Below are positions 45,613 to 54,666 of a DNA stretch of 64,000 nucleotides, in pieces; the stretch's first letter is position 1; each line of letters starts with the position of its first letter. The DNA is from Acinetobacter phage nACB2. Made by a program: the position numbers and the translations under genes. Below the pieces are notes generated by a model. It did not search any database and was not told the DNA's origin. It saw nothing but the letters and a program-made list of their open reading frames with translations. The stretch lies in the sequence record OQ032512.1, one strand, 5' to 3'.

Positions 45613-45867
45613 TTAAAAAAGATTATCTAGCGAAACGGTAGAGCGTTCCTTGCGAATGACGCGCTGTTCTACAACTTCAGCTTCAATTTTACTGATTAAT
45701 GCAGGACTAATCATAGTTTTTACTTTATCGTAGTCAATCTGGTGTTCTTCTACAATTAATGAAAGTGCTTCAGAAAGGGTAATATCTTCAGCCCAGACTA
45801 AATCTTCAACTGCTTTTGAAAAAGCTTCAGCGCTACCAAAAGGATTTTCAACCGTTTCACCAATCAT
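45613..45867 (-). CDS. Hypothetical protein (84 aa).
   Basis: ORF. Confidence 0.45.
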   Translation of the reverse strand: MIGETVENPFGSAEAFSKAVEDLVWAEDITLSEALSLIVEEHQIDYDKVKTMISPALISKIEAEVVEQRVIRKERSTVSLDNLF

Positions 45868-46112
45868 CCCTTATACTCCTGTTTGTGCGTCTTCATTATT
45901 CCAGAAACAAGATTTTGGAAGTCTTGAGGCACTTTCTTCTGATCCAGGCGTCCAGTGTTATCAACATAACCTAAACCACCCCCTATATGAATATATAGCT
46001 CACCACCGCAGCTGACACAAGGTGAATCAGTAGGAGTATTGCGTTCATCAACCTTTTTAATTTCATCGAATTTGTTATCACAACTTCGACAAGCGTATGA
46101 ATAAACAGGCAT
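45864..46112 (-). CDS. FmdB-family zinc-ribbon protein (82 aa).
   Basis: 'MPVYSYACRSCDNKFDEI...CVSCGG'. Confidence 0.55.
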   Translation of the reverse strand: MPVYSYACRSCDNKFDEIKKVDERNTPTDSPCVSCGGELYIHIGGGLGYVDNTGRLDQKKVPQDFQNLVSGIMKTHKQEYKG

Positions 46113-46550
46113 TTATTTCCCCACTAACATATTATAAGTGTCTAGACCGAATTCAGTAAATTCTTCAATCTCTGACAATTTCACAAATTTAGAAATAAAT
46201 TCTACGTCAGATGGAATAGTATAATCTAAAAGCCCTGATAATTTGCTTTTCAAGTTATAATCGTTTAGCGGAGAATCATCTCCCCACATGTATCCATCTC
46301 GTACGAAAAGTCCAAAATTGGCATGGTCTTTGATACCTAGTGGTCTGATTTTAGAAACAATAACATCAATGTTTTCAGACAGCTTACTAAATTTGTGCGG
46401 AGCGTCGTTGAAATACATCTCCATCGTTTGCTTCAAGTACGGCGCTTTTTGAAATACGTAATTCACTCTTGCGCAACGTTCGGAAGGGGATACAACCGCG
46501 TTGATCCAATCCATCATTTCTTTAAATGATGTATAGCGGTCAACAATCAT
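46113..46550 (-). CDS. Hypothetical protein (start moved to 46550 to avoid a 95-nt overlap).
   Basis: Internal ATG (MIVDRY...). Confidence 0.4.
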   Translation of the reverse strand: MIVDRYTSFKEMMDWINAVVSPSERCARVNYVFQKAPYLKQTMEMYFNDAPHKFSKLSENIDVIVSKIRPLGIKDHANFGLFVRDGYMWGDDSPLNDYNLKSKLSGLLDYTIPSDVEFISKFVKLSEIEEFTEFGLDTYNMLVGK

Positions 46551-46575
46551 TTTACTATCATTCACAATACGTTCC

Positions 46576-47133
46576 TCACATGAACATTTTAGCTTTCGCC
46601 TTTGGATCAAGTAATACATCACAGTGGGCAATTGCGTAAGCATCGACCAAGTCATTTTCAGGACTGTCATTTTCTTTCACCCCTAGAACATCAGAGAATC
46701 TCCACCCCTTCAACTCAAAGAATTTAGCGCACATATCTTCTTTTTTAGCTGATCCGTTGCCTGTAAAAGACTTCTTGGCTGTGGAAGGAGGTATGAAGTT
46801 CACAGCAATATTATGTTTTAAAATCTCATAGAATAAAATACCACCGTGAGCGCCGATATCGAAAATCGCATTACCGTTAGATGCCCCCATCGAGAATCCT
46901 TCTACGTTCACAACTTCAACGCCTTCAGCCCGCAATATACCTACAGCCCATTTTGCTAAGTGTATAGCGCGTTCAATTTTGGAGTTGTATTTTGGATGAC
47001 GTTCTACAGAAATGGTTTCCGTTTCTTGTACTAGCTTGAGAACTTCTTGGACGATATACCATTTCTCGCTACCATCATCTCGCTGAATGTAGATTGCGGG
47101 ACAGCTCATAGAATAGTCGATACCAGCTTTCAT
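46576..47133 (-). CDS. RuvC-like Holliday-junction resolvase.
   Basis: 'GIDYSMSCPAIYI' (RuvC 'GIDPGSRVTGYGV'), 'VVNVEGFSMG', and 'DLVDAYAIAHC' (RuvC 'DAADALAIAITHC'). Confidence 0.7.
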   Translation of the reverse strand: MKAGIDYSMSCPAIYIQRDDGSEKWYIVQEVLKLVQETETISVERHPKYNSKIERAIHLAKWAVGILRAEGVEVVNVEGFSMGASNGNAIFDIGAHGGILFYEILKHNIAVNFIPPSTAKKSFTGNGSAKKEDMCAKFFELKGWRFSDVLGVKENDSPENDLVDAYAIAHCDVLLDPKAKAKMFM

Positions 47134-47136
47134 TTA

Positions 47137-47280
47137 TTACTCCAAGGGTTCAGAACAGAATGGACAGAATACAGGCTTTTCGTTAGTTGCGTGTACAACT
47201 TTATATAGCTGCTCGCAATTATCGCATTCCTTTTCTTCTACCTTCTCTTCAGGAGACTCTGGATCATATACATCAAACAT
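47137..47280 (-). CDS. Small CxxC zinc-ribbon protein (47 aa; start moved to the ATG at 47280).
   Basis: SD GAGGGTG. Translation MFDVYDPESPEEKVEEKECDNCEQLYKVVHATNEKPVFCPFCSEPLE. Confidence 0.45.
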   Translation of the reverse strand: MFDVYDPESPEEKVEEKECDNCEQLYKVVHATNEKPVFCPFCSEPLE

Positions 47281-47382
47281 TTTTACACCCTCAATATTAC
47301 AATTTAAAATAGTTGTACTATAAAGGGGCAATAAAAAAGCCACCTTTCGGCAGCTTTCTTTTAAGATTATCTAAAGTTATGG

Positions 47383-48099
47383 TCAGGCTTCTTTAGGTGT
47401 CTCTTGTTCTGTCTTTTCTTCTGATTTCGGAGCTGTTTCAGCGCCTTCCACTTCAGAACTTTCTGTCTTGACTTCAGCTGCCGCTTGTTCTGCCGCTTTC
47501 GCTGCATTTTGAGCATCTTCAAGACGTTTTAAAGAAGCGCGTCCAGAAAGGAATGCTGCTCGAGCAGACAAAGCCATAACCTGTTCAAAATCAGAGATAA
47601 TTACATTGTGACCGTCACCTGTTTGAACTGGAGCGATAACACCTGCAATTGCAATATCAAAGCCTTTAGCAGATAAACGTTTCTGCATATTCAATACCAT
47701 TTCTAGAATACCAACAGCGTCATCAGCTGGGAAGCCAGAAACATATACAGTACGTTTGATTTCAGCCATTTCTTCTTCAGTAATTTTATCACCTTTAGGA
47801 TCAGAGTGATACATAAACTGCAAGGTCGGGTTGCCGAAAGATGTCAAAGTGTACGCGCCTTCTACGTTATCAAGCTGAGTGCGCATTGTTTGACTGTAGT
47901 CTGTACCGAACTGAATGAAGATGGCTTTAATAAGTTCTACAGGATCATTTGGGTCAACATTGTCTTTTAATTCAACTGTTTCTGAGATTGCGACAGGTTG
48001 AGCTTCAGCTGCTTGAGATGTATTGGTTTCATCCACCTTTACTTCAATCGCTTCAGCGCGTTCGATGTCTTTTTGGTTGTCTACGTTTAACTGTGTCAT
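47383..48099 (-). CDS. Hypothetical protein (238 aa).
   Basis: ORF adjacent to nrdB. Confidence 0.5.
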   Translation of the reverse strand: MTQLNVDNQKDIERAEAIEVKVDETNTSQAAEAQPVAISETVELKDNVDPNDPVELIKAIFIQFGTDYSQTMRTQLDNVEGAYTLTSFGNPTLQFMYHSDPKGDKITEEEMAEIKRTVYVSGFPADDAVGILEMVLNMQKRLSAKGFDIAIAGVIAPVQTGDGHNVIISDFEQVMALSARAAFLSGRASLKRLEDAQNAAKAAEQAAAEVKTESSEVEGAETAPKSEEKTEQETPKEA

Positions 48100-48189
48100 G
48101 AGAGGTTACTCCAAAATTTAAAAAACTTTCATTTAAGTGAATACAGGGCTATTATAAACCCTGTATTGCGATTATCTCTAAAATCAATA

Positions 48190-49233
48190 TTATTTGTAAT
48201 TAGCACCTAAAGACAACATAGTCTTCAGGTCATAATCGCCCACAATGGCACCAGATACTTGATACGAACTCACCTTAGTTTCAAAGAATGAACTCACTTT
48301 GTTTTCTGTCAGAATAGGCTCAATCCATTCACAAGGATTTTCAGAAATTTCTGGCCATTCTGGTTTCAGACCCATCTGAATCATACGTCGATTTGACATA
48401 AAACGCATGTATGCCTTATTTTCTTCAATTGTGAATGTATCTAGTTTCAGATGCTTGAACACTAAATCCAAAAACTTATCTTCAACAGTAATGAAACGGC
48501 GGTTCATCTCATAAATGTCTCGTTTCAGTTTGTCATCAACAATTGGATGTTCATACGACAGCTGACGGAACAATTGAACGTTGTAGTCAGTATGCAAGGT
48601 TTCATCGCGCAGAGACCATGCATTGATCTTCGAGAATCCTTTTAGACGTCCACCGCGCTTACCATTGAAAGCAACGCGGTCACGGCGCATGAATTGTAAA
48701 AGACCAACAAACATACCGAAAAGTGCAACGCCTTCATCAATAACAGAATGAGCGTGGTTGATTGCTAATTGCTCAACAGTATCGCATTCCAAGTTTACGA
48801 ACATACCTTCAAGACGGTCTTGCATTTCTTTATATTCTTGGAACATAGAGAAAATGGTATCATCCATACCAAAGATTTCAGCTGCTAACGCGTAGGCTTC
48901 CTGATGGATACCTTCGCGGCACGCAATAGACATTAAGCCGTTACTGACTTCATTGTTCTTGTAATGTTTCAAGAAACAATCGCGGTAGTTTTTAGCTACA
49001 ACGACGTCACCAGTTGTGAAGATGGTGAAAATCATACGGATATATGATTTTTCATCATTTGTCAAGTTGTTTGCCCAGTCTTCGTGATCGTCTTGCATTT
49101 GGGCTTCGCCAGGAATCCAGTGGATCTTTTCATGATCTTGGTACATTTCCTGAGCCCACGGGTATACAAATGGACGGTATACCAGAGAATCTTGGAACAA
49201 TGGGCTTGTTGAATCAGCAATTAAAATAGACAT
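48190..49233 (-). CDS. nrdB: Ribonucleotide reductase small subunit (class Ia NrdB).
   Basis: Diiron/tyrosyl motifs 'REGIHQEAY' (E-x-x-H then Y four residues later) and 'RDETLH'. 347 aa with no interruption. Confidence 0.85.
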   Translation of the reverse strand: MSILIADSTSPLFQDSLVYRPFVYPWAQEMYQDHEKIHWIPGEAQMQDDHEDWANNLTNDEKSYIRMIFTIFTTGDVVVAKNYRDCFLKHYKNNEVSNGLMSIACREGIHQEAYALAAEIFGMDDTIFSMFQEYKEMQDRLEGMFVNLECDTVEQLAINHAHSVIDEGVALFGMFVGLLQFMRRDRVAFNGKRGGRLKGFSKINAWSLRDETLHTDYNVQLFRQLSYEHPIVDDKLKRDIYEMNRRFITVEDKFLDLVFKHLKLDTFTIEENKAYMRFMSNRRMIQMGLKPEWPEISENPCEWIEPILTENKVSSFFETKVSSYQVSGAIVGDYDLKTMLSLGANYK

Positions 49234-49239
49234 GTAATA

Positions 49240-51873
49240 TTATCCTTGGCAGTTTTCGCAGTCTTCATCTTTCTCTTCAGAGAAAAGATTATCAGCTTGA
49301 GCGAGATGTTCTTTGTAAAGGGCTTGTACTTCTTTATGACCGCCAATCCAAGCACCATCTAAGAACACTTGAGGTACAGAACGGCAAGAAGGGTCGCCTG
49401 TTACTTCAGCGGCAGTTTTTTCAATCTGTTGTAGATCAACAAATTTGAATTCTACGCCCATATCACTTAACCAACGCTTAACTGTAGTACAATTAGGGCA
49501 GACTTTTGTACCGTAAACAATATTCTCACCAGACTTCTGTTCTTTCTTAACAGAATCTTTCAGAGCTTTACGCTCTAGAGCTTGAGACAATGTTTCAATC
49601 TCAACTTCAGGCTTCGTACGGTAGTAATACAGAGATTTTAAACCCCATTTCCAAGCGTAGAAGTGACATGCGACTACATAGTTGATATCACTTCCTGGTT
49701 TGAAGAACAAGTTTAAACTTTGAGCCTGACAGATTTCAGGTTGACGGTCGGCGGCAAGACGAACAATGCTCAATTGAGGAATCTCAAAAGCTGTAGCAAA
49801 TACGCGCTTTTTATGATCGCTCATGAATTCTAGATGAGATACTGAACCTTCATTATGAGCAATGCTTGTCCATACTTCTTCAGTATCTTGACCTAGTTCT
49901 TGAAGATACTTCTTCAAATAAGGGTTGCGGCGTTCAAAGATACCAACACGCGTTTCTTTAGTGTAGATGTTAGCGTATTCAGGTTCACAGCTGGCTGATG
50001 TAGTTAGCATATCAGCATTGTTAGAGTTAGGCGCGATAGCAAGTAAATGCATGTTACGACGACCAACGTGCGGATGATCTTTAGAACTAGCCGCATCTGG
50101 ACATTCACCGCGCTCTTCACCTAATTTAAGTGTTTCGGCTACAGCTTCTGTTTTGATGCGTTTGAATAATGCTTTGTTGAAAACACGCGCTTCTTCAGAA
50201 TCAAATGGCATATCTTGCTTCTGGAAAGCGTAATGAAGACCCATAACGCCTAGACCAATAGAACGTTCTTGAGTTGCTGAATTGATCACTTTGTACAAAG
50301 CCATTTTAATCAATTCACGGTGACGTGGATTATCATAGCGGTTCGCAATCCAGTCTGCAGTGCGAATGAAATGTTCAATGGCATTGTCCAATGCACGCAC
50401 TAAGTCGCCTACTAAGGTAGGTGCCCATTGATCATGATATTCAGCATTTAATGAAGACAAGCAGCACACTGGAGTACGGTCATCATTCGCTGGAAGAGTA
50501 ATTTCAGTACAGTTAGAAACAAGCGCAACTCGATGATCGAAATCATTTTTACCGCCCACGCTTACATAGAAGTTATGGTTGTCTTCTACAGTTAAACAGT
50601 AAACATCTTGTGTTCCAACATTTTGCTCAACGGAAGCAACTGTAAGATCAGAATTGTCAAAATTTACAGAGCCGTGACGGAACAGACGAGAATCAATTTG
50701 CTTACCAACAGAATCTTTTGCTTTTACGCGTTTTCCGATGGTTGTGAATAGTTCATGATCTTTCGTACAAGTGATAGTTTCACCTGAACGGAAAGTCAGG
50801 GTAACCATTTCTTTACGTCCAGTCAATTTAGCAGTAGCCGTTTTGACCTCAGGGTAGACTTTACCGTTTGAAACTCGTCCTGTCCATACTTTGAATGGAA
50901 TAGAACCAGACGATTCACGCGCCAACTGTTTAATAGAGATAGGCTTACGACCGTCTGCTACAATTACTTTTGTATCACCTGCAAGACACAAGTTTGAAGC
51001 GTATGAATACAATCCGAGACGTTTCTGAGCTTCAGGCAGTGCGCGGTTTGCATTACCACGGAAATACATGAACGGTTCGCCTGTGCGACCGCGTTCGACA
51101 ATCATAGAACGGAAGTAATCTGTAGGATTTACAGTGTCCACAACGCGTTTTGAATGCGGATCAATCAGGTGATATTCTTCAGCGCCGTCTTCAATGCGTT
51201 CCATGAGATCATCTTCAATAGAGAATCCAATATGGATGTTTTCAGCTTTGCGGTTCGCGTCACCTGTAGGAGTACGAATCTTCAAAAATTCTTTAGCGGA
51301 AGCGTGATTAGCAGATAACCAACAAGCTTCAGCGCCACGGCGTACTTTGCCTTGTTTCCACGCTAGAATTGCTGCGTCATCTTCAATAATGAACGGAATT
51401 GGGCCAGGAGATTTTTCAGATGTATAGCGGATATCAAAGTATTTGCCGATACCGCCGCCAATTACAGACAGTAAAGACGATTCTAATTTACCCATCAATA
51501 AAGAAGGGATATTATCAGACACCATAGGAAGGAAACAAGAAATATTCTGAGAACCATTATGGTTGAAATCTTCTTCATGTTCCCAAATAGGTAATGATTG
51601 GTTAATCATACCAGCTTTCCACACTTCAGGCTTCAGTTCCGGAGCATTAGACAGCATAGGCGAAGACCACATGAAATGCAGCATAGAGTTGGCATCATAA
51701 AGGCGCTGAGCGTGATGAACGTCATCAGACCAAGCTACGCATGCACGAGCTAGTGTTTCTTGGATTGTTTCCCCACTACGTGTATAAAAGTTTTTGATAA
51801 GGTCTTTCGCAGGTTCTGTAAGCAAATTATCTCGAGAATCATCAATATTGATTCCCATGTAAACACGTGTCAT
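49240..51873 (-). CDS. nrdA: Ribonucleotide reductase large subunit (NrdA) with no ATP cone. It contains a 159-aa mini-intein at the catalytic Cys and a C-terminal glutaredoxin-like domain.
   Basis: Extein '...YSYASNL|CTEITLPANDDRTPVCCLSSLNAEYH' matches E. coli NrdA 'SNLCLEIALP...IALCTLSAFNL'. C-terminal Grx fold 'CPNC...SVPQVFLDG' followed by a 'CENC' tail. Start moved to the ATG at 51873 (SD GGTGGA); the ORF-track GTG at 51882 is an artefact. Confidence 0.85.
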   Translation of the reverse strand: MTRVYMGINIDDSRDNLLTEPAKDLIKNFYTRSGETIQETLARACVAWSDDVHHAQRLYDANSMLHFMWSSPMLSNAPELKPEVWKAGMINQSLPIWEHEEDFNHNGSQNISCFLPMVSDNIPSLLMGKLESSLLSVIGGGIGKYFDIRYTSEKSPGPIPFIIEDDAAILAWKQGKVRRGAEACWLSANHASAKEFLKIRTPTGDANRKAENIHIGFSIEDDLMERIEDGAEEYHLIDPHSKRVVDTVNPTDYFRSMIVERGRTGEPFMYFRGNANRALPEAQKRLGLYSYASNLCLAGDTKVIVADGRKPISIKQLARESSGSIPFKVWTGRVSNGKVYPEVKTATAKLTGRKEMVTLTFRSGETITCTKDHELFTTIGKRVKAKDSVGKQIDSRLFRHGSVNFDNSDLTVASVEQNVGTQDVYCLTVEDNHNFYVSVGGKNDFDHRVALVSNCTEITLPANDDRTPVCCLSSLNAEYHDQWAPTLVGDLVRALDNAIEHFIRTADWIANRYDNPRHRELIKMALYKVINSATQERSIGLGVMGLHYAFQKQDMPFDSEEARVFNKALFKRIKTEAVAETLKLGEERGECPDAASSKDHPHVGRRNMHLLAIAPNSNNADMLTTSASCEPEYANIYTKETRVGIFERRNPYLKKYLQELGQDTEEVWTSIAHNEGSVSHLEFMSDHKKRVFATAFEIPQLSIVRLAADRQPEICQAQSLNLFFKPGSDINYVVACHFYAWKWGLKSLYYYRTKPEVEIETLSQALERKALKDSVKKEQKSGENIVYGTKVCPNCTTVKRWLSDMGVEFKFVDLQQIEKTAAEVTGDPSCRSVPQVFLDGAWIGGHKEVQALYKEHLAQADNLFSEEKDEDCENCQG
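50512..50988 (-). mobile_element. Mini-intein (159 aa, no obvious homing-endonuclease domain) inserted immediately before the thiyl-radical Cys of NrdA.
   Basis: Block A 'CLAGDTKVIVADGR', block B 'GETITCTKDHELFT', block F 'DVYCLTVEDNHNFYV', C-terminal 'VALVSN' followed by +1 Cys. The flanking exteins rejoin to the canonical 'SNLCTEI'. Confidence 0.75.
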
Positions 51874-51990
51874 ATATTCCACCGTAAATTTATAAAACTG
51901 TCTAATAGCGTTCTATCCAGACACCCAAAGCCTATCATAACCCTATTTATTAGAAAGCTGACTTTATCAAATATTTTTGGAGAATTTTAA

Positions 51991-52764
51991 ATGCTTCCTT
52001 CTATCCCGTACCAAGTCCATAACGTTAAACTTGAAGAGTTTGAATTCGACTTCAGACCATTCAACGTGGGTATGGAAAATAACCTGCTACTGATCAAGGA
52101 CTCCAAAAAACCTTCTGAAATTTTCTCAGCCATTCTAAACCTTGAGGATGAATGTCTAATTGGTAAATGGAAGGGGCGAGCTAAATCATTACCGTCATAT
52201 ATAGCAGAATTACTTTTCATAGAATTAAGAAAAGTGAGCAACGGCACCGAGATTCCTATCACATTGCGCTGCAATAAGGAATTGGAAATTAAGAATGAAA
52301 ATGACGAATTGATTCTAAAATCAGACGGTAGTCCTAAGACAAAACCTTGTGGTAACGAGATGAACGTTATTCTTGATCTAGATAAAGTTGAACTCATTAA
52401 AACGGAAGGGTATAAAGACACCTTTGTGATTGAAGCTAATCCTCCGATTTTCGTAAAATTACGCCAGATGCAAGCTGGAGAATACAGCCGAGATTTTGCC
52501 AATATTGACACAGCCACAGGTATGTACAAGCACCTAGATTCTATCACTCAAGGTGACCAGATTTTTGGTCTAGATGATTTCACTGAGGAAGAGTTCAAAA
52601 AATGGTGTAAAGATGTTCCGATGTCTACAAAGGCTGAAATGTCTAAATTCTTCTTTGGGGCGCAACCTTACATCAGCCTGAAAACTAAGTTCAAATGCGA
52701 AAATCCAGAATGTAATCACGAACAAGATGTGGAGTTTACGTCTATTCTAGATTTTTTTATTTGA
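51991..52764 (+). CDS. Hypothetical protein (257 aa) with a C-terminal Cys pair.
   Basis: Plus-strand ORF with a C-terminal 'CENPEC'. The minus-strand ORF at 51987-52547 inside it is rejected. Confidence 0.5.
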   Translation: MLPSIPYQVHNVKLEEFEFDFRPFNVGMENNLLLIKDSKKPSEIFSAILNLEDECLIGKWKGRAKSLPSYIAELLFIELRKVSNGTEIPITLRCNKELEIKNENDELILKSDGSPKTKPCGNEMNVILDLDKVELIKTEGYKDTFVIEANPPIFVKLRQMQAGEYSRDFANIDTATGMYKHLDSITQGDQIFGLDDFTEEEFKKWCKDVPMSTKAEMSKFFFGAQPYISLKTKFKCENPECNHEQDVEFTSILDFFI

Positions 52765-52914
52765 TTGTCGGAGAGGATGGAAAAGACCTCATCCGACGGT
52801 TCGAAGATACACAGATGCTTCAGCAACATTTCAATCAGTCGATAGAAACGTCATACGCTCTAGCACCTTGGGAATTTGAACTAAGACTATCAATGATAAT
52901 ACAAAAGGAACAAG

Positions 52915-52945
52915 AAAAGGACTCGTGAGAGTCCTTTCTATTTCA
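52915..52945. terminator. Bidirectional terminator (aaggactc-gtga-gagtcctt + T-run).
   Basis: Read directly, between convergent genes. Confidence 0.7.
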
Positions 52946-53275
52946 AGCTCCGTAAATCATATGATGAGCAGAATCGTATATTGTTTTATACTGCGGTTGA
53001 ATATAACTACAGTATTTCTGAATAAGCTGTTCAACTTGATCTTCAGTTCTAGGTGAATTTGAATTTATAAAATCAACGAGCGGACGTATCATACGAGTGA
53101 GTTGAAGAGCCATACTAGAGCGTTCATTTATGCGATAATCTAGATGAACACTCAAATTACCATCATACGCTTTTCTTATGGCAAAAATCGTACCGCGTAC
53201 CAATTTTTTATCTGAAGAATTGTTGATGCTCTCAATAGGATTCATCATATCTGTGTTAGGCGCGTAGACCTTCAT
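52943..53275 (-). CDS. Hypothetical protein (110 aa).
   Basis: ORF downstream of the spanin genes. Confidence 0.45.
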   Translation of the reverse strand: MKVYAPNTDMMNPIESINNSSDKKLVRGTIFAIRKAYDGNLSVHLDYRINERSSMALQLTRMIRPLVDFINSNSPRTEDQVEQLIQKYCSYIQPQYKTIYDSAHHMIYGA

Positions 53276-53344
53276 ATCTGCATCTCAGGTATTATAGTTC
53301 AGACCGAATTATAAACTAGAATAATTCAGTCTGGTAAAATCAAA

Positions 53345-53878
53345 TCACTTTGATTCTTGCTCTGCCTTGAACCTGTTGTATTCATCTATTGTTGCTTTAC
53401 ATTGCTCATATTGCTTGAAGGCTTCTGCTGTAGCTCTGTCAGCCTGTTCTGATGATTCGACAGCATGTTGTTTAATTTCACTGTAGAGGTCAATGTAGGT
53501 TGTGGCAACTTTGGTTGCGTAGGCTGTGTCAGCACTGGATACAACGTTGGTTCTAATTTCTTGGGATTGGGTTGACAACCCACTAACGAGCTTGCGAGTG
53601 CTATTAATATTGTTGTTAATAGCATTGAGAGTTTCAGCATAATCATTCTCCAGAGTAGTATGCTTTTCTATTAAGCGTTCAGTCAAATTATTAACTTCAG
53701 TCTGACGCTCTATAATTTTGTCTTTGTCTTCACCTTCTTGCTCAAGAACCGCGATTTTATAGTTCTTGAAGTCATTATTTGTATTGACCCAACAAACGGC
53801 AAAAACAATTGCTAAGACAGAAGCAATTACAAAATGCAATTGTTTCAATAATAATTCTTTGAATAATACCCAAGTCAT
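53345..53878 (-). CDS. i-spanin (Rz-like), about 177 aa.
   Basis: Start at the ATG 53878 with SD GGAGG 5 nt upstream. N-terminal TM helix 'LHFVIASVLAIVFAVCWV' followed by a long coiled coil. Immediately downstream of the endolysin. Confidence 0.65.
   Translation of the reverse strand: MTWVLFKELLLKQLHFVIASVLAIVFAVCWVNTNNDFKNYKIAVLEQEGEDKDKIIERQTEVNNLTERLIEKHTTLENDYAETLNAINNNINSTRKLVSGLSTQSQEIRTNVVSSADTAYATKVATTYIDLYSEIKQHAVESSEQADRATAEAFKQYEQCKATIDEYNRFKAEQESK
53386..53646 (-). CDS. o-spanin (Rz1-like) lipoprotein embedded in another frame inside the i-spanin gene.
   Basis: Signal peptide with lipobox 'LIALASSLVGC', followed by a Pro-rich mature region (QPNPKKLEPTLYPVLTQPTQPKLPQPTLT). It lies entirely inside 53345-53878. 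Confidence 0.6.
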   Translation of the reverse strand: MIMLKLSMLLTTILIALASSLVGCQPNPKKLEPTLYPVLTQPTQPKLPQPTLTSTVKLNNMLSNHQNRLTELQQKPSSNMSNVKQQ

Positions 53879-53915
53879 TTCGACCTCCATAATAAAGGGG
53901 CTTGCGCCCCTTTAT

Positions 53916-54521
53916 TTATTTTGGATACTTGTTCCAAGGAAGTTGCCAGTGTGGCCCATCTTTAAAGGACTTCCAATCTCCGCCCCATTCAATACTCACT
54001 TTCAATTCTTTAGCAGCCTGTTTAACTGCTTCTTCAATCTGATAGTAGTATTTCCAATCCCATGAAACAGTACCGTTAACATAGGCGTGTAGATCAACAG
54101 CGTGACCAGTCAAATGACGGCTATTCATAGTCTGAGTTGCACCCTGTTTCATTAACTCTTTTTGGCGCGCTAGAGTTCTGAGTCCTTCACCTACCTTAAA
54201 TTGTACTGGAGTAAGCTGAATAGCTCGTTCCACTACTTTAACCAAATCAGGATGAATACCTTTCAAACGCTCCACGCAGCGTTCCGTTAATTGGTACATA
54301 TCGCTAGGTTGCAAACCCAATTGGATACCTAAATGACCTGCGGTAGTAACACCCACAATGCCGTCAGATATCAAGCCGTTGTCTTTCTGATAAGCCTTAA
54401 CAGCATTCTCAGTTCCTGAACCAAAGACGCCATCAATCAAACCGTTGTAATATCCCAATTGTTTGAGAGCAGTTTGAATCTCTTCGATGATTAAGGCTTT
54501 TGAGCCTTTGCTATATTGCAT
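53916..54521 (-). CDS. Endolysin: N-terminal peptidoglycan-binding domain plus C-terminal M15 (VanY-like) L-Ala-D-Glu peptidase.
   Basis: PG_binding_1-like 'LKQLGYYNGLIDGVFGSGTENAVKAYQKDNGLISDGIVG'. M15 motifs 'SRHLTGHAVDL', 'EWGGDW', 'DGPHWQ'. Promoter-like TATAAT and SD GGAG upstream. Confidence 0.75.
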   Translation of the reverse strand: MQYSKGSKALIIEEIQTALKQLGYYNGLIDGVFGSGTENAVKAYQKDNGLISDGIVGVTTAGHLGIQLGLQPSDMYQLTERCVERLKGIHPDLVKVVERAIQLTPVQFKVGEGLRTLARQKELMKQGATQTMNSRHLTGHAVDLHAYVNGTVSWDWKYYYQIEEAVKQAAKELKVSIEWGGDWKSFKDGPHWQLPWNKYPK

Positions 54522-54616
54522 TATTAGTCTCCATTATAATCTGAAACTTTATTTTGTATGTTCTATGTAGCTTTTCTTTTGCTATACATACTTTGATGCG
54601 AATATTAGGTGTAATT

Positions 54617-54648
54617 AAAACCTACGCATATTGCTATGCGTAGGTTTT
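54617..54648. terminator. Terminator hairpin (aaaacctacgcata-ttgc-tatgcgtaggtttt) after tail-fibre gene 1.
   Basis: Perfect 14-bp stem flanked by A/T runs. Confidence 0.75.
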
Positions 54649-54666
54649 AATAAACTGAGCGGATAC

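Noticed and set aside
47315-47345. Hairpin/terminator downstream of the RuvC-like gene (aaagccacctttcggcagcttt).
   Set aside because: The stems do not pair cleanly, so it is not a convincing terminator.
48190-49233. Possible group I intron in nrdB, as in T4 nrdB, td and nrdD.
   Set aside because: The nrdB frame is continuous (347 aa) and both diiron motifs are in order. There is no unexplained non-coding insert; the only insertion element is the intein in nrdA.
51987-52547. 186-aa minus-strand ORF overlapping the 257-aa plus-strand gene.
   Set aside because: It is completely contained in the opposite-strand ORF. The plus-strand ORF is longer, and the junction geometry with nrdA and the downstream terminator fit the plus-strand gene.
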